Positions 16,870 to 27,119 of a stretch of DNA of 64,000 nt are shown piece after piece. The notes below the pieces were generated by a model, which was given only the letters and a program-made list of their open reading frames with translations, did not search any database and had not been told where the DNA came from. The first letter of the stretch is position 1. Each line of letters opens with the position of its first letter. This DNA comes from a virus. The stretch lies in IMG/VR virus record IMGVR_UViG_3300027969_003844, positions 41,200 to 105,199 of that record. One strand, given 5' to 3'. Made by a program: the position numbers and the translations under genes.

Positions 16870-18942
16870 TTAAACTCTTTTCCATTTGCTTATTGAAATG
16901 TCTGCTCCGCAATGGCATCGTAGGCTATTGCAAATAACAGGATTAGATAATGTATTCCAATTAAGCTGGTCAAAATCCTTGACTGTTCCAATTACACCAC
17001 CCACATCACAATTGCCTCGTTTGATATGACCATTTTGATGAATGAACAGACTCTCTACACCAATGTTACAATTAAAATCGTAAAAGTTTGTTTGTCCTCT
17101 GTTAATTAATTCTTGTTCATTGTCAATGATTGCACGACTGCCATCACTGAATGTAGCAGTTGGGCTCCATGGTGGGAATGGACGATATATTGGATTAGTA
17201 ACAGAAATATTGTCAGGCGATGACCGTGTTTCGACTTGCTTAAAATTCTTGAAGAATTGATTTTGTTCTTCAGAATAATTAATTTTGGCCAACTTGGTTC
17301 TAGAACTACCGTATTGATCGTCGATATAAACTAGTTCAATTCTAGCAGTTGTAGTTTTCTTTGCTTGGTCGATAAACTCTAATGTTTCTTCCCAGTACAG
17401 TGGATCCATCATTATACGCAATGACACCATGGTTTGCATTGTGGCAATACGTATGCGATCTAAATAATCTTTGGCTGTGCCATTGGCAAATTCTTGTGCA
17501 GGATGAAAACTACATGCCGCATAGGTCAGATACTTAAAATTTTCTTTAATGAATCGAGGTGTTCTTGCCAGGTTAGTGGTAATGCCAACATTGCCACCCA
17601 AGCTATGTATCTTTTGAACCATTTGAGGGAAGAACGGGCTCATTGTTGGTTCCCCACCACTGAGTGAAAAATTAATGTACTTTCCATCCCAGTGCTCAAA
17701 CATCTTATCCAAGAAAGGTTCAATTTGTTCCCAATTAAACAAATGATTCTTTCCATTATGCAAAGACGATGGACAATATCTACAAGAATAATTACAGATA
17801 TCGTTAAGAATCCAAGTTACTATCACACGCTGTTCATTTTTAACTCCAACAATTTTTTTCCCTTGTACTGGGATTGGAAACTTCCATTGTGGGATTCTTG
17901 CTCTGGGATTTTCAATGCTTGAGTACATTTGAATATCGTCAACAATTTCAACATCCTGAATACTTCTAAATTTATTTAAATTAATGGTAATGCCAGTCAC
18001 TGGAGAATAGATTTTTTCAAGCTGAACATCAACCAATCGTCCAATGCCCATAAAACCATCTCTATTATCTGGGTTGCGCCACTGGTAATCTAAATGCTTG
18101 TCCTCATCAAGTTCTTTGAACTTTTTCCAGTCATTGGTCAATGTGTACGGATCATAGGAGTCGTGGATTAGATAGCATAGTATTTCATTAGACCAAGATT
18201 CTTGACGAGTAATAGAATTGTTATCAACTGCCACTCCATCCCCGTCGGCCACAACCCGGCTTAGATTTTTACCTTCTCCGTTGTAGCCCAGTACAAGATC
18301 ACCAAATCTTAAATGCGACATAAAACTGGCGGCATCTTCGTTGGTGATTTCAAAATCACGGCGTGGATTAAAACTAATTAATAAATTTGCTTCAGTTGAC
18401 GATGTTGTTTCAATTGTGGGCTTCTCATCCGACGCAGATGCTGCCAATGTTTCTGCAATGGTAATGGCATCATTTAGTTGATTAAATGTTGTGTGGAAGT
18501 CTTCGTTGAATGTAATACCTGGCCATTGTAATGCTTCTGGACTATCTGCAGGGATTCGTTGATACGCAGTATCCCACCATTTTTTAGATAACTTTTCTGC
18601 TACTCTTCCTTGATACTCATCAAATTGTTTATACAAATAATCAATAGCAGCCTGGTCGTATTTTTTAAAAATTGTCAATGGCTTGTCATAGAAAAGATTA
18701 ATCTTACGAATGATGTTGGTCAGACGCTCTTCAAATGCCATGTCTTTGGTTAAAAGAGTACGAGTAAATTTAATACGTTTATCCCTGAAACTTTTTTCTC
18801 CAAATTTCATATCTTCCAGTAACTGGCACCATTTAGCAGACAGCTTGGTATTATACAATCTGTAATACAGATCATAACATTCCCAGTTTTCTGGATTTAC
18901 CAATGTAATCCTAACATTTTTATTGTCAATAAACTTTCCCAT
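16870..18942 (-). CDS. Fusion: N-terminal uncharacterised domain + radical SAM + C-terminal twitch/SPASM-like domain
   Basis: CNYSCRYC, SGGEPT, TTNL, CNIG...GNC...C...CHC; start MGKFI with GAGG RBS. Confidence 0.88.
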   Translation of the reverse strand: MGKFIDNKNVRITLVNPENWECYDLYYRLYNTKLSAKWCQLLEDMKFGEKSFRDKRIKFTRTLLTKDMAFEERLTNIIRKINLFYDKPLTIFKKYDQAAIDYLYKQFDEYQGRVAEKLSKKWWDTAYQRIPADSPEALQWPGITFNEDFHTTFNQLNDAITIAETLAASASDEKPTIETTSSTEANLLISFNPRRDFEITNEDAASFMSHLRFGDLVLGYNGEGKNLSRVVADGDGVAVDNNSITRQESWSNEILCYLIHDSYDPYTLTNDWKKFKELDEDKHLDYQWRNPDNRDGFMGIGRLVDVQLEKIYSPVTGITINLNKFRSIQDVEIVDDIQMYSSIENPRARIPQWKFPIPVQGKKIVGVKNEQRVIVTWILNDICNYSCRYCPSSLHNGKNHLFNWEQIEPFLDKMFEHWDGKYINFSLSGGEPTMSPFFPQMVQKIHSLGGNVGITTNLARTPRFIKENFKYLTYAACSFHPAQEFANGTAKDYLDRIRIATMQTMVSLRIMMDPLYWEETLEFIDQAKKTTTARIELVYIDDQYGSSRTKLAKINYSEEQNQFFKNFKQVETRSSPDNISVTNPIYRPFPPWSPTATFSDGSRAIIDNEQELINRGQTNFYDFNCNIGVESLFIHQNGHIKRGNCDVGGVIGTVKDFDQLNWNTLSNPVICNSLRCHCGADISISKWKRV

Positions 18943-18958
18943 TTTAGCCTCTAAAATT

Positions 18959-20191
18959 TTATATATCAAGTAATTTTGTGTAGTCTGTGCCATGCAGGCG
19001 ATCAAGACCCTGTAGGTAATCCAGTGTTTGTGGGTACAAGTGACTCCAGTCTTCCGAATTCATAAATGTAATTAATCCAGCAAGTCTTTGCATTTGTACG
19101 TTCTTGGGATAACTTGCAAAATATGTTTCTAGTTTTTCCGTTACACGTTTTTTCATTTCTATTGGCAATACCTTGACACAAAGATATTGTGGCCAATGCA
19201 ATGTACCTGGATAGAATATGCCACCAATATTACTTTTACGAACCTTGTCAAGATTTAGGTTTAATAACCATTCGGACATTTCTGGCAACCAATTTATATT
19301 CAATGCTTGAACAGTGCATAACACTTTGACAATGATATTGTCTGGAGTGTCATTGTATAATTTTAAATTACGTTCAACCACTTCCCACTTGGCCGGACGA
19401 CGAATGTAATCATTGACCCAATCGTAACCATCAATACTGAGCATTAGTTCTACTTGCTTAAAGCTTTTCCAAAGCTCAACAATTTCTGGATTGTGTATAG
19501 TACAATTGGTATGGTAACGAAGTGTGATATTTTTAGCTAAATCACGTGCAACCAACTGTTCGATGATTGACTTGTGTTCTTTGATGTACAGTGGTTCGCC
19601 ACCACCAAAAATAATGTGTTGTATAGAGCTTGCATTTTCAAAGAAATCATCCCAAAATACTGGATCTTTATACCACTCAAACTGTTCGGCGGCATAGTTT
19701 TCAATTTTATATTTCCACTCATGTCTTGCGTCAGTTTCTAATGTTTCACTGAGTGTTTTTGCGTCCTTGACCCATTTGCTCGAGTCCTGTGGCCGACACA
19801 TTACACATTGTAGATTACATGTATTACCAAGTCGTAAATCTAGTGTAATCAAATCATGATCAACACGACCATTGCGGCGTGTACTATCAACTAGACCATC
19901 TAGGTACTCTGCATCCAAGTGCTTGTACCAGTATTGATTTTCGTTTTGCCTGTGACTTTTGATACCAGCAGATTCTTCTTTGTAACAAGTGGTACATGCA
20001 GGGAACTCACGTCCATTTAGCATTGCCAGTCTGGCTTCTGCAAAATGACTACTGTTCCAAATCTGTGACCAATTTGATTTATTTAGATTTAAGTTTGAGG
20101 CCTTGGCCACACAACATAACAATGCTGTACCATCATTATAAGTTGCCGCATGTATCCAAGGTAGAATACAAAAAGTTTTAGATTTATCCAT
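18959..20191 (-). CDS. Radical SAM protein with N-terminal twitch domain (subfamily A)
   Basis: FCILPW..CC..CTTC; LDLRLGNTCNLQCVMC; GGGEP; YHTN; SIDG. Confidence 0.92.
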   Translation of the reverse strand: MDKSKTFCILPWIHAATYNDGTALLCCVAKASNLNLNKSNWSQIWNSSHFAEARLAMLNGREFPACTTCYKEESAGIKSHRQNENQYWYKHLDAEYLDGLVDSTRRNGRVDHDLITLDLRLGNTCNLQCVMCRPQDSSKWVKDAKTLSETLETDARHEWKYKIENYAAEQFEWYKDPVFWDDFFENASSIQHIIFGGGEPLYIKEHKSIIEQLVARDLAKNITLRYHTNCTIHNPEIVELWKSFKQVELMLSIDGYDWVNDYIRRPAKWEVVERNLKLYNDTPDNIIVKVLCTVQALNINWLPEMSEWLLNLNLDKVRKSNIGGIFYPGTLHWPQYLCVKVLPIEMKKRVTEKLETYFASYPKNVQMQRLAGLITFMNSEDWSHLYPQTLDYLQGLDRLHGTDYTKLLDI

Positions 20192-21482
20192 TGATCAATT
20201 CTGCTATTCTGCTATCAAGTACTGTGACATCTTGTTCCCTGCTTTTGTCCAGGCTTTTTGTATATGTGCGTAAACGTTGCAATTGTTCTTCCCAGTCATC
20301 GGCTCTTGGTTGTTGTAATAGACCAATTATACCATTAACACTATTACGGGTTAATTCATGTACATTCTTAGGCATCTGATTGTCTCGATAATCCATTAGT
20401 AATTGACACGCTTTGGCTTTAAGATCGTCAGGTAATATGTTTACATTGAGATGATAAGGATGATAATTTATAAGCAGGTCAACAAAAATATCTTTATTGT
20501 GTTTTTTGTTGAGCTCGTCTACCCATAACAACGTTTCAACTAGATTAAAAACATTATAAACCTGCACCGTTGGAGTCACACCTAATTTGACATTTGATAG
20601 CTCTGCAATCTTCTCTACGTTTGCACTCAACTGACTCCACTTACTTGGCGCACGAATGTAATCATTTACAGCACCAATTCCGTCTAAGCTGGCATTAATA
20701 TTAATTTCATCAAATTGACTGATAATATCAAGAAACTTTTTATTAACGTTGGTACAGTTTGTATTAAAAAATAATAAAATATCTTTGCGACCTTGGTCAA
20801 TACAAGATTGCATAAATTTAAAATTGTTGCCAATAAGTGTTGGCTCGCCTCCGGTCATATAGACTTTCTTTAATTCTGGAATTAATGCGATAATCTGGTC
20901 CCATAACACATCGCTTTCAAACCATTCCTGTTGATCCATGACTGATATAGGAAACTTTCCAAATGCTTTACGCCAAACTTGTCCGTATGCTGGGTCTGTT
21001 TCTGTAAGCTCTAAGTGTTCCTTGGCAATCTGACTAGAATTCCATGGGTTGCACATTCTACATTTGAGATTGCACAAGTTGCCTAATCGCAAATCCAAAT
21101 ACACCAAATCAGAATTAACTACGCCACCGTGTATTTTTGCATAACGAACACGTTTGGCCAATTCTTCTTCGCCTAATCTCCAGGCCCATTCATTGTTTGC
21201 ATGTATTCTATTACTGTCTCGACCCGAATCTTCTTGAAGATAACAGACTTTACAACCTTCAATGTTATCACCATTGATCATTGCAGTACGAATATCACGC
21301 ATGTCTTGTCCGTTCCATGCATGTTCAATAAACTGATCCTGGATAGTAAAGAATTTACCATCCTCTTTTTTAAGTTTGTTGGCCGCGCCTTTCACCATGC
21401 AACAATACCGTACAGTTGCATCTGTATTGACCATTAGGCTAACAAAAGGAATAGCGCAAAACGTTTTTGAAATTGGTTTCAT
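20184..21482 (-). CDS. Radical SAM protein with N-terminal twitch domain (subfamily A)
   Basis: FCAIPF..CC..CKVC; CNLKCRMC; TGGEP; NTN; SLDG. Confidence 0.92.
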   Translation of the reverse strand: MKPISKTFCAIPFVSLMVNTDATVRYCCMVKGAANKLKKEDGKFFTIQDQFIEHAWNGQDMRDIRTAMINGDNIEGCKVCYLQEDSGRDSNRIHANNEWAWRLGEEELAKRVRYAKIHGGVVNSDLVYLDLRLGNLCNLKCRMCNPWNSSQIAKEHLELTETDPAYGQVWRKAFGKFPISVMDQQEWFESDVLWDQIIALIPELKKVYMTGGEPTLIGNNFKFMQSCIDQGRKDILLFFNTNCTNVNKKFLDIISQFDEININASLDGIGAVNDYIRAPSKWSQLSANVEKIAELSNVKLGVTPTVQVYNVFNLVETLLWVDELNKKHNKDIFVDLLINYHPYHLNVNILPDDLKAKACQLLMDYRDNQMPKNVHELTRNSVNGIIGLLQQPRADDWEEQLQRLRTYTKSLDKSREQDVTVLDSRIAELING

Positions 21483-21509
21483 TAAACTAAGCTTTAAAGA
21501 TTTGTCTTT

Positions 21510-21516
21510 TACTTAT
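21510..21516 (-). promoter_or_regulatory. Late-like promoter motif (TCG)ATAAGTA inside the rSAM island
   Basis: Same TCGATAAGTA at 35266; resembles T4 late TATAAATA. Confidence 0.45.
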
Positions 21517-21554
21517 CGACAAACTTTATTACGAGTTAGCCAGTAAGATGACAA

Positions 21555-23048
21555 TTATGATGTGCGCGAATCTTCAACAGCAATTTGGTCTTGCCATGTA
21601 TAATCAAGATTCTTGGTTACAATTACATTATTATCAAAATCAACAAGTTCAAGCTTGCAAACATCGTCGTACTCAAACAATTCACGCATGAAATTTTCAG
21701 GATCCGGATCAGACCAATCATCGCGTACAATACGTGCCACTGGAATTTTTCCAATGCTGGTAAACTTACTGTCTGGATCAACGTTTCTTTCGCGTAACCA
21801 TGGGAACATTTTTCTGTTTAAATTGTCAATAAGTTGTGTTTGTAATGCATAACTGTGTTCATGCAAAAACGTAATATTGCATTCGCCACTTAGGTAGCGT
21901 AACCCACTGATGTTCTCATCATGAATTTCTCCGTCTTTGTCATAATACGCTTCCAATGGAGTTTTGCCAAGTTGGCAATAGTGCAAGAGTACATCGCCAA
22001 AGAATTCATATTGTGTAAAATTATCAAAATCGCTTTCAACAAATTTATAACGCTTGACTGGCATAGCAGGCAAAAATACATGGGCATTCCAATACCCTTG
22101 TCCCAATGAGTTTTGTCTATTGCCTTCTATTTCATGACACAAGTTATTGAGCTGTCGAATTGCAAACATAATAGGTAATGGCGAATTGGTAAAGTATCTT
22201 GAAGGATTCCATACCTGCCCAATTAGTAATTCAAAATGATGATGGATCTCATTGAGAATTTGTTGATCTAGAGTGATAGAATCAAACACCTGTGTAATAT
22301 TATAATATGGACGAGTATCTTCATTGCTGCCATCAAAATACTCATTGATTTTACCAATGTACTTGTTTAACTCGTTACACAGGCCTGGAATGTTTCTGGC
22401 AATTGAACTATCATCTCTATACGTCCAGTTCTGTAGCATAAAGTACTTTTCAAACTTGGCTTCGTCAACGCTTAGATAATCATTGTGACAACACCTGGCC
22501 CACTTTTGTGCAATAAAAGAAGTATTAATTTTAAATCGTACTTTCTTTGTTGCGCCGGTATCAACTGCTCTAAAGGTCAACTGAAATTCATTGTATTTTG
22601 TATTTTCGTATGCACTGCCAATGGCTTCGACAATTGCACCATCTGTGGTAATTTCCGTACTAAACAATCTAGTGCGTCGTACACGGTCAACATGTTCATA
22701 ATCTACCAACCAAAGAAAATTGTTGACATGACATTGAGATTCTAAATCATCAAAGAATTCTTGACTGTCGGCTATAAAGAAAGATTGATATATGCTGTTG
22801 CAGTATTTCCAAAATTCATCAAAGACCTGCCGTTCGTTGAAGTAATGAATTAAATTATCAACTTTGCCATCGGGATTTGCCAATGCTTCTTTAATAAAGT
22901 TAATTTCACTTTCAGCATCACATAGAAAAATTAAACGAGTGTTTGAATCTCGTTGTAGTGTTGCAAATGCTAATAGTCCAGGCAGAGACACACCATAAAC
23001 ATAATAGTTCTCAACATAGGTTTCGGGATTTGTAAATTGTGTTTGCAT
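21555..23048 (-). CDS. Uncharacterised protein; C-terminal part paralogous to 26178-27119 and to the N-terminus of 16870-18942
   Basis: IAQKW, LNEIHHHFE, LNNLCHEIE, FGDVLLHYCQLGK. Confidence 0.8.
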   Translation of the reverse strand: MQTQFTNPETYVENYYVYGVSLPGLLAFATLQRDSNTRLIFLCDAESEINFIKEALANPDGKVDNLIHYFNERQVFDEFWKYCNSIYQSFFIADSQEFFDDLESQCHVNNFLWLVDYEHVDRVRRTRLFSTEITTDGAIVEAIGSAYENTKYNEFQLTFRAVDTGATKKVRFKINTSFIAQKWARCCHNDYLSVDEAKFEKYFMLQNWTYRDDSSIARNIPGLCNELNKYIGKINEYFDGSNEDTRPYYNITQVFDSITLDQQILNEIHHHFELLIGQVWNPSRYFTNSPLPIMFAIRQLNNLCHEIEGNRQNSLGQGYWNAHVFLPAMPVKRYKFVESDFDNFTQYEFFGDVLLHYCQLGKTPLEAYYDKDGEIHDENISGLRYLSGECNITFLHEHSYALQTQLIDNLNRKMFPWLRERNVDPDSKFTSIGKIPVARIVRDDWSDPDPENFMRELFEYDDVCKLELVDFDNNVIVTKNLDYTWQDQIAVEDSRTS

Positions 23049-23049
23049 G

Positions 23050-23151
23050 TTAGTAAATGAAAGGATCCTGTTTTTTCAACTCTTTCAGACGCCTTTTGTA
23101 TCTGCGCTCGGCCTTGATTCTTTCAATGATGTTTTTAATAAAATTCCACAT
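23050..23151 (-). CDS. 33-aa basic peptide MWNFIKNIIERIKAERRYKRRLKELKKQDPFIY
   Basis: AGGA RBS before the ATG at 23151; fills the gap between neighbouring genes. Confidence 0.75.
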   Translation of the reverse strand: MWNFIKNIIERIKAERRYKRRLKELKKQDPFIY

Positions 23152-23161
23152 TGTATATTTC

Positions 23162-24052
23162 CTATAATGAATATTTAGAAACAAAATAATTAAATGCATT
23201 GTCGGCTGCAATATCGTGTATATATTCCATGACATGGCCACCTGCACAGGCTACTGGTAATTTCTTATCTTGTTTTCCTGCAATATCTTCAAGGTCTATT
23301 AGATAATTAATATCCAATTCTTTAAAAAGCTGTTGAATTGACCAATTTATTGTTGATGGTGATTCCCTTGTTCCTGCTAGTTCAACTAGCCAGTCTGGTG
23401 CCGTTTCAGCAACCGATTTTGCAAAATACAAGTCAATTCCCTTGGCTTGGCAAAATGTTTTTAATAGTAGATTAGACATCAACCACTTGTGTAATCTTGC
23501 ATCTTCGTGTTCGTACATTATTGTGGTTTTGCGTATGGCATCAATTTGACTACTGTTGTATGATATTTCGTTGCTTAACAAAATAGAACTCCAATAATTG
23601 TGTGATTCTTCAAAGTATTGAATCCTATTAACACTGGTCGTTCCAACCAAGAAAATTATTTTTTTACCCTGTGTACGTCCATGTTTTGTTTCGTGCAGGT
23701 ATTGGTCAATGATTTCTCTAGTAATCCATTCTTGACTTGCACCACCACTTGCATGATTATGTACAGTACAGTTTACACCAGGACGGCTAGACAATCTCAT
23801 TCCAATTTTAGCAGGATATGCCCTACTATAATTTTCAATGATTTGTTGTTGCTGTTGATCTGCTGTAAGTTTGATAGTATTTTTACGATTAACCCATGCC
23901 TTGACCAATGCAGGTCTATTAATTTTATGAGTGGTGCCTCGCCACTCGCTGAAAGTTATGTCATCATGATCAATTTTGGGGTAAAATAAATCATCAGACA
24001 ATTCTTCACCAGCAGTAAAACTATCACCACATGCAAAAATTACCATTTCCAT
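23162..24052 (-). CDS. SGNH/GDSL-fold protein (putative O-acyl esterase/transferase)
   Basis: GDSFT block I, NHASGGASQ block II, C-terminal GGH. Confidence 0.7.
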   Translation of the reverse strand: MEMVIFACGDSFTAGEELSDDLFYPKIDHDDITFSEWRGTTHKINRPALVKAWVNRKNTIKLTADQQQQQIIENYSRAYPAKIGMRLSSRPGVNCTVHNHASGGASQEWITREIIDQYLHETKHGRTQGKKIIFLVGTTSVNRIQYFEESHNYWSSILLSNEISYNSSQIDAIRKTTIMYEHEDARLHKWLMSNLLLKTFCQAKGIDLYFAKSVAETAPDWLVELAGTRESPSTINWSIQQLFKELDINYLIDLEDIAGKQDKKLPVACAGGHVMEYIHDIAADNAFNYFVSKYSL

Positions 24053-24054
24053 AA

Positions 24055-24849
24055 TTACATTATTGCCTTTAAACTATCTAACACAATTTGATTAAAAGGA
24101 TCACGGGCGCCACCATGGCTAATCATGTGAATTCTAGGAGTATTGCTATTGTTCCATACACTGTGCAAGTTTCCAATATCTACCAAGCAGGCATTGCCTT
24201 CATTCTTAAAAGGAACATAACCCTTGCCTTCCATTTTGAAATTACAGCCTTCTGGATTGTTCAATGCAACATTGATTGGTAGTAGAAAATGTTCGTTACG
24301 ATCCTTGTGCGGTTGAATATACCCTTGTGGGTCTAACCACATATAACGTAGTCTATGATATCTATGGTTAGGAAATATGTCACGAAAGTATCGTGTGGTT
24401 TCGGGACAACGTTCTGTTATCTCGCCACACCAATGGTAATTGATATCGTTGATTGTTTTACCCTTGTTGTCATCGTATGCTTCCCAGTGACCAGTTCTGT
24501 CCCAAGCTTCACCGTGTAAGCAAATACTTTTCCAACCGCGATTGGCATATTCGGGGTTTTCATCTGGATGTGTTCTGTGCATTTGAAATAGGTCTTGCAT
24601 GGCAAATGCTTCGCGAAGCATGTCTGCGAAGGGAGCACCAGGAAGAATTAGTGGCAAGTAAGGCCAGCCACTTTTCATTATGATCCAATCAACTAGTTCA
24701 TGTTCATGCTCAAACTTTGGCAATTGAACAGTTTTAAAATCCATGGTCCATGGACTATCATTGAAAAATTCTACAATTGCTTTTGGTATCATTTTATTAC
24801 ATTCCCTATATGTGTCCAACCTGGCGTCCCAGTGCTGGTTGTTCCACAA
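24055..24849 (-). CDS. Fe(II)/2-oxoglutarate oxygenase, Asp/Asn beta-hydroxylase-like
   Basis: WKSICLHG, CPET, RLRYMWLDPQGYIQPHKD (HxD), HSVWNNSNTPRIHM. Confidence 0.85.
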   Translation of the reverse strand: MWNNQHWDARLDTYRECNKMIPKAIVEFFNDSPWTMDFKTVQLPKFEHEHELVDWIIMKSGWPYLPLILPGAPFADMLREAFAMQDLFQMHRTHPDENPEYANRGWKSICLHGEAWDRTGHWEAYDDNKGKTINDINYHWCGEITERCPETTRYFRDIFPNHRYHRLRYMWLDPQGYIQPHKDRNEHFLLPINVALNNPEGCNFKMEGKGYVPFKNEGNACLVDIGNLHSVWNNSNTPRIHMISHGGARDPFNQIVLDSLKAIM

Positions 24850-26174
24850 ATTTGCAGGCTGGTGTTGTTTAATTTAAGTTCATTTATAAATGTATCGTAC
24901 ACTGACTTTAACCATGCTGGTTTAAAGTGGCGAAGGCTTGCTTCTGTATAGAAACTGTTACTAAACCAAATTAAGTTATTACCTTGATGTTGATTCATGT
25001 CTGCAATTAATTCACTGCGCTCATAATACAGGTTAGTCTTCAGGAATCTATGCTCAAGGGCGCGGTATCGGTTCCATAAATCTAACCAAGCGGCTTCGCC
25101 ACCAAATACATCCATTGTTTTTTCCCATTGGTCAGTGTATTCTTTTTTCCCAAACCAAATTGGACTAAACGTTGGATCAACATGAGCAATATAATGTTGA
25201 ATAATATCCAAATAATTACGGCCGTCCCAATTCTTTAGTAACCATTCTTTAAATGCCAGTGCAGAATCACTGTAATCAAAATATATAACTCGTGTGGTTG
25301 AGTCCCACTTGCATTGATCTAAGAACTGAATTGGCTTGAAGCCTGCAGCCACACAATACAAATTGTCTAGCTTGGTCGATTTGTCATATGCAATATAATC
25401 GCGATTCATTGAATCAGTATTAAACACATAAACTGAGCCCTGAAAACCAGAAAAGTCTGTTATTCTTACGTAGTCGCGCTGATTAGGTTCAACTGGTTCT
25501 ATTGTAGAATTGCCATCTAAAATCTTTTCAAGATCAGTTCCTACTTCTGGATAGAAGTGCATTTTAAATTTTCTAAGCTCTTCGGAAAAATTACCAATGC
25601 TAAATCCATGTGATAGTAATGTACTAGCAAGATTCCAACCTTCTCTTACAGGGCCAGTGTATTGTCTTGTTTCAGTTGTAGGTAAAATATAAAATGGAGT
25701 ATATCCATCGTGAAAGTCTTCTGTACTACGATTTACCAATGGTAGTGTTACATTATCAACGTTTGTATGATTACCCCATGATGGGCTTCCAACATGCCTC
25801 CAATGGTTTAAATTGATCAATGCACATTGATTATGCAAGGAGTAAAATCCTTGCTCTTTATTCTCTGGATTATCTTCCAGTATGTGTGCTAGAACACTAT
25901 AATTATTATCTTCAGCATACTTAATCATGGCATCTACTAAAAATACATCATAGCTACGATAACCATATGCTACAATATAAAGATAGTCTCCATCTAGTGA
26001 TCTGGCCGCATCAATGATTGAATCTATTGTGTTGCCAACAATCAATTCATCGATTGGTATATTACGCATTGTCAATTGCATAGATACAGCAAAGTCGGTG
26101 ATAGCTCTGACATGGTCTTGATAACCCTGTGATCTATCATTGATCTGGTTTAAAAGTGCAAATTTAATTTTCAT
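24789..26174 (-). CDS. Two-domain hypothetical protein: possible GT-A-like N-terminus and SAM-binding Rossmann-like C-terminus
   Basis: LHNQCALINL; VAAGFK...VIYFDYSDSAL...LIWFSN resemble MTase motifs. Confidence 0.5.
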   Translation of the reverse strand: MKIKFALLNQINDRSQGYQDHVRAITDFAVSMQLTMRNIPIDELIVGNTIDSIIDAARSLDGDYLYIVAYGYRSYDVFLVDAMIKYAEDNNYSVLAHILEDNPENKEQGFYSLHNQCALINLNHWRHVGSPSWGNHTNVDNVTLPLVNRSTEDFHDGYTPFYILPTTETRQYTGPVREGWNLASTLLSHGFSIGNFSEELRKFKMHFYPEVGTDLEKILDGNSTIEPVEPNQRDYVRITDFSGFQGSVYVFNTDSMNRDYIAYDKSTKLDNLYCVAAGFKPIQFLDQCKWDSTTRVIYFDYSDSALAFKEWLLKNWDGRNYLDIIQHYIAHVDPTFSPIWFGKKEYTDQWEKTMDVFGGEAAWLDLWNRYRALEHRFLKTNLYYERSELIADMNQHQGNNLIWFSNSFYTEASLRHFKPAWLKSVYDTFINELKLNNTSLQICGTTSTGTPGWTHIGNVIK

Positions 26175-26177
26175 TGT

Positions 26178-27119
26178 TTACTCTATTAGTCTAACGGCAG
26201 AAACTTTGCCTAGCTCGAGAATTTCGTTTACTTCGGTGTACGTTACTTTATCTCTATTTACTAGCTGTCCCAGTAATGGTCTTGCCACTGCTTGATTTTC
26301 TGGCAATGACATATTTACGTACTCGTCTAGTTCATTATCATGTACCCATTTCTTTACTTCTTCTAAGTGCATTTTTGAAGCACCTGGGTATGGTTCTCTA
26401 TTTCTTTCTGAGAAACTCAGTACTACTTCATTGCTAATAGTACGTTGTGGTCTAATCATATTTTTCTTGACTAATTCAACATCGTTATCAACAAAGCAAT
26501 GGTAAATGTTCTTTCCAACTGTATGATAGCCTAACAATAAGTCACCAAATGATACGTCATGTAAAAAGTATTCGTACAGCGACGGATCAGTGATTTCTTC
26601 TACATGAGTTCCAGTAACAATACCCGCGGATGGACTTGCATGTAAAAAGAAACCTGCACTTATGTCACCACCGTAGTTGTCAATCATTGCTTCAAGGATG
26701 TGAATGTCAACATTTAATCTAATTAAAGGATCATAACCTACAATTAGTCCATCAAGTTCTTCTTCAAACCGATGAAATTCATAGTGTAAATAATTCAATA
26801 TCTGTCGATTGTCTCTGGTCTCATCAAACTCTTCTGGCATGTCAATGAAATCAACTTGAATGTATTCTCCAGAATTTGCTTCGTCTACTAACTTTTTCAT
26901 GCCCTTCCAAATAGCTTTGATTTTTTCCTTGGTCGGCGCACTTGCTATCCACTGATTTTCAAAAATATGGCAATCAGGTTGAGCCATTACCCAACGTACA
27001 CGCTCTAGCCATTTTTCAGCAATGGGTGTGTCTGCAATTTGAAATCGTAATGTTTTTGTTACTTCACCGTCGGTAAAGTCGATTTCATAAAATTTATCTA
27101 AGAAGTTATATGTTGTCAT
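26178..27119 (-). CDS. Uncharacterised protein, His/Glu-motif family (paralog of 21555-23048)
   Basis: IAEKW, LNYLHYEFHRFE, LNVDIHILE, FGDLLLGYHTVGK. Confidence 0.8.
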   Translation of the reverse strand: MTTYNFLDKFYEIDFTDGEVTKTLRFQIADTPIAEKWLERVRWVMAQPDCHIFENQWIASAPTKEKIKAIWKGMKKLVDEANSGEYIQVDFIDMPEEFDETRDNRQILNYLHYEFHRFEEELDGLIVGYDPLIRLNVDIHILEAMIDNYGGDISAGFFLHASPSAGIVTGTHVEEITDPSLYEYFLHDVSFGDLLLGYHTVGKNIYHCFVDNDVELVKKNMIRPQRTISNEVVLSFSERNREPYPGASKMHLEEVKKWVHDNELDEYVNMSLPENQAVARPLLGQLVNRDKVTYTEVNEILELGKVSAVRLIE

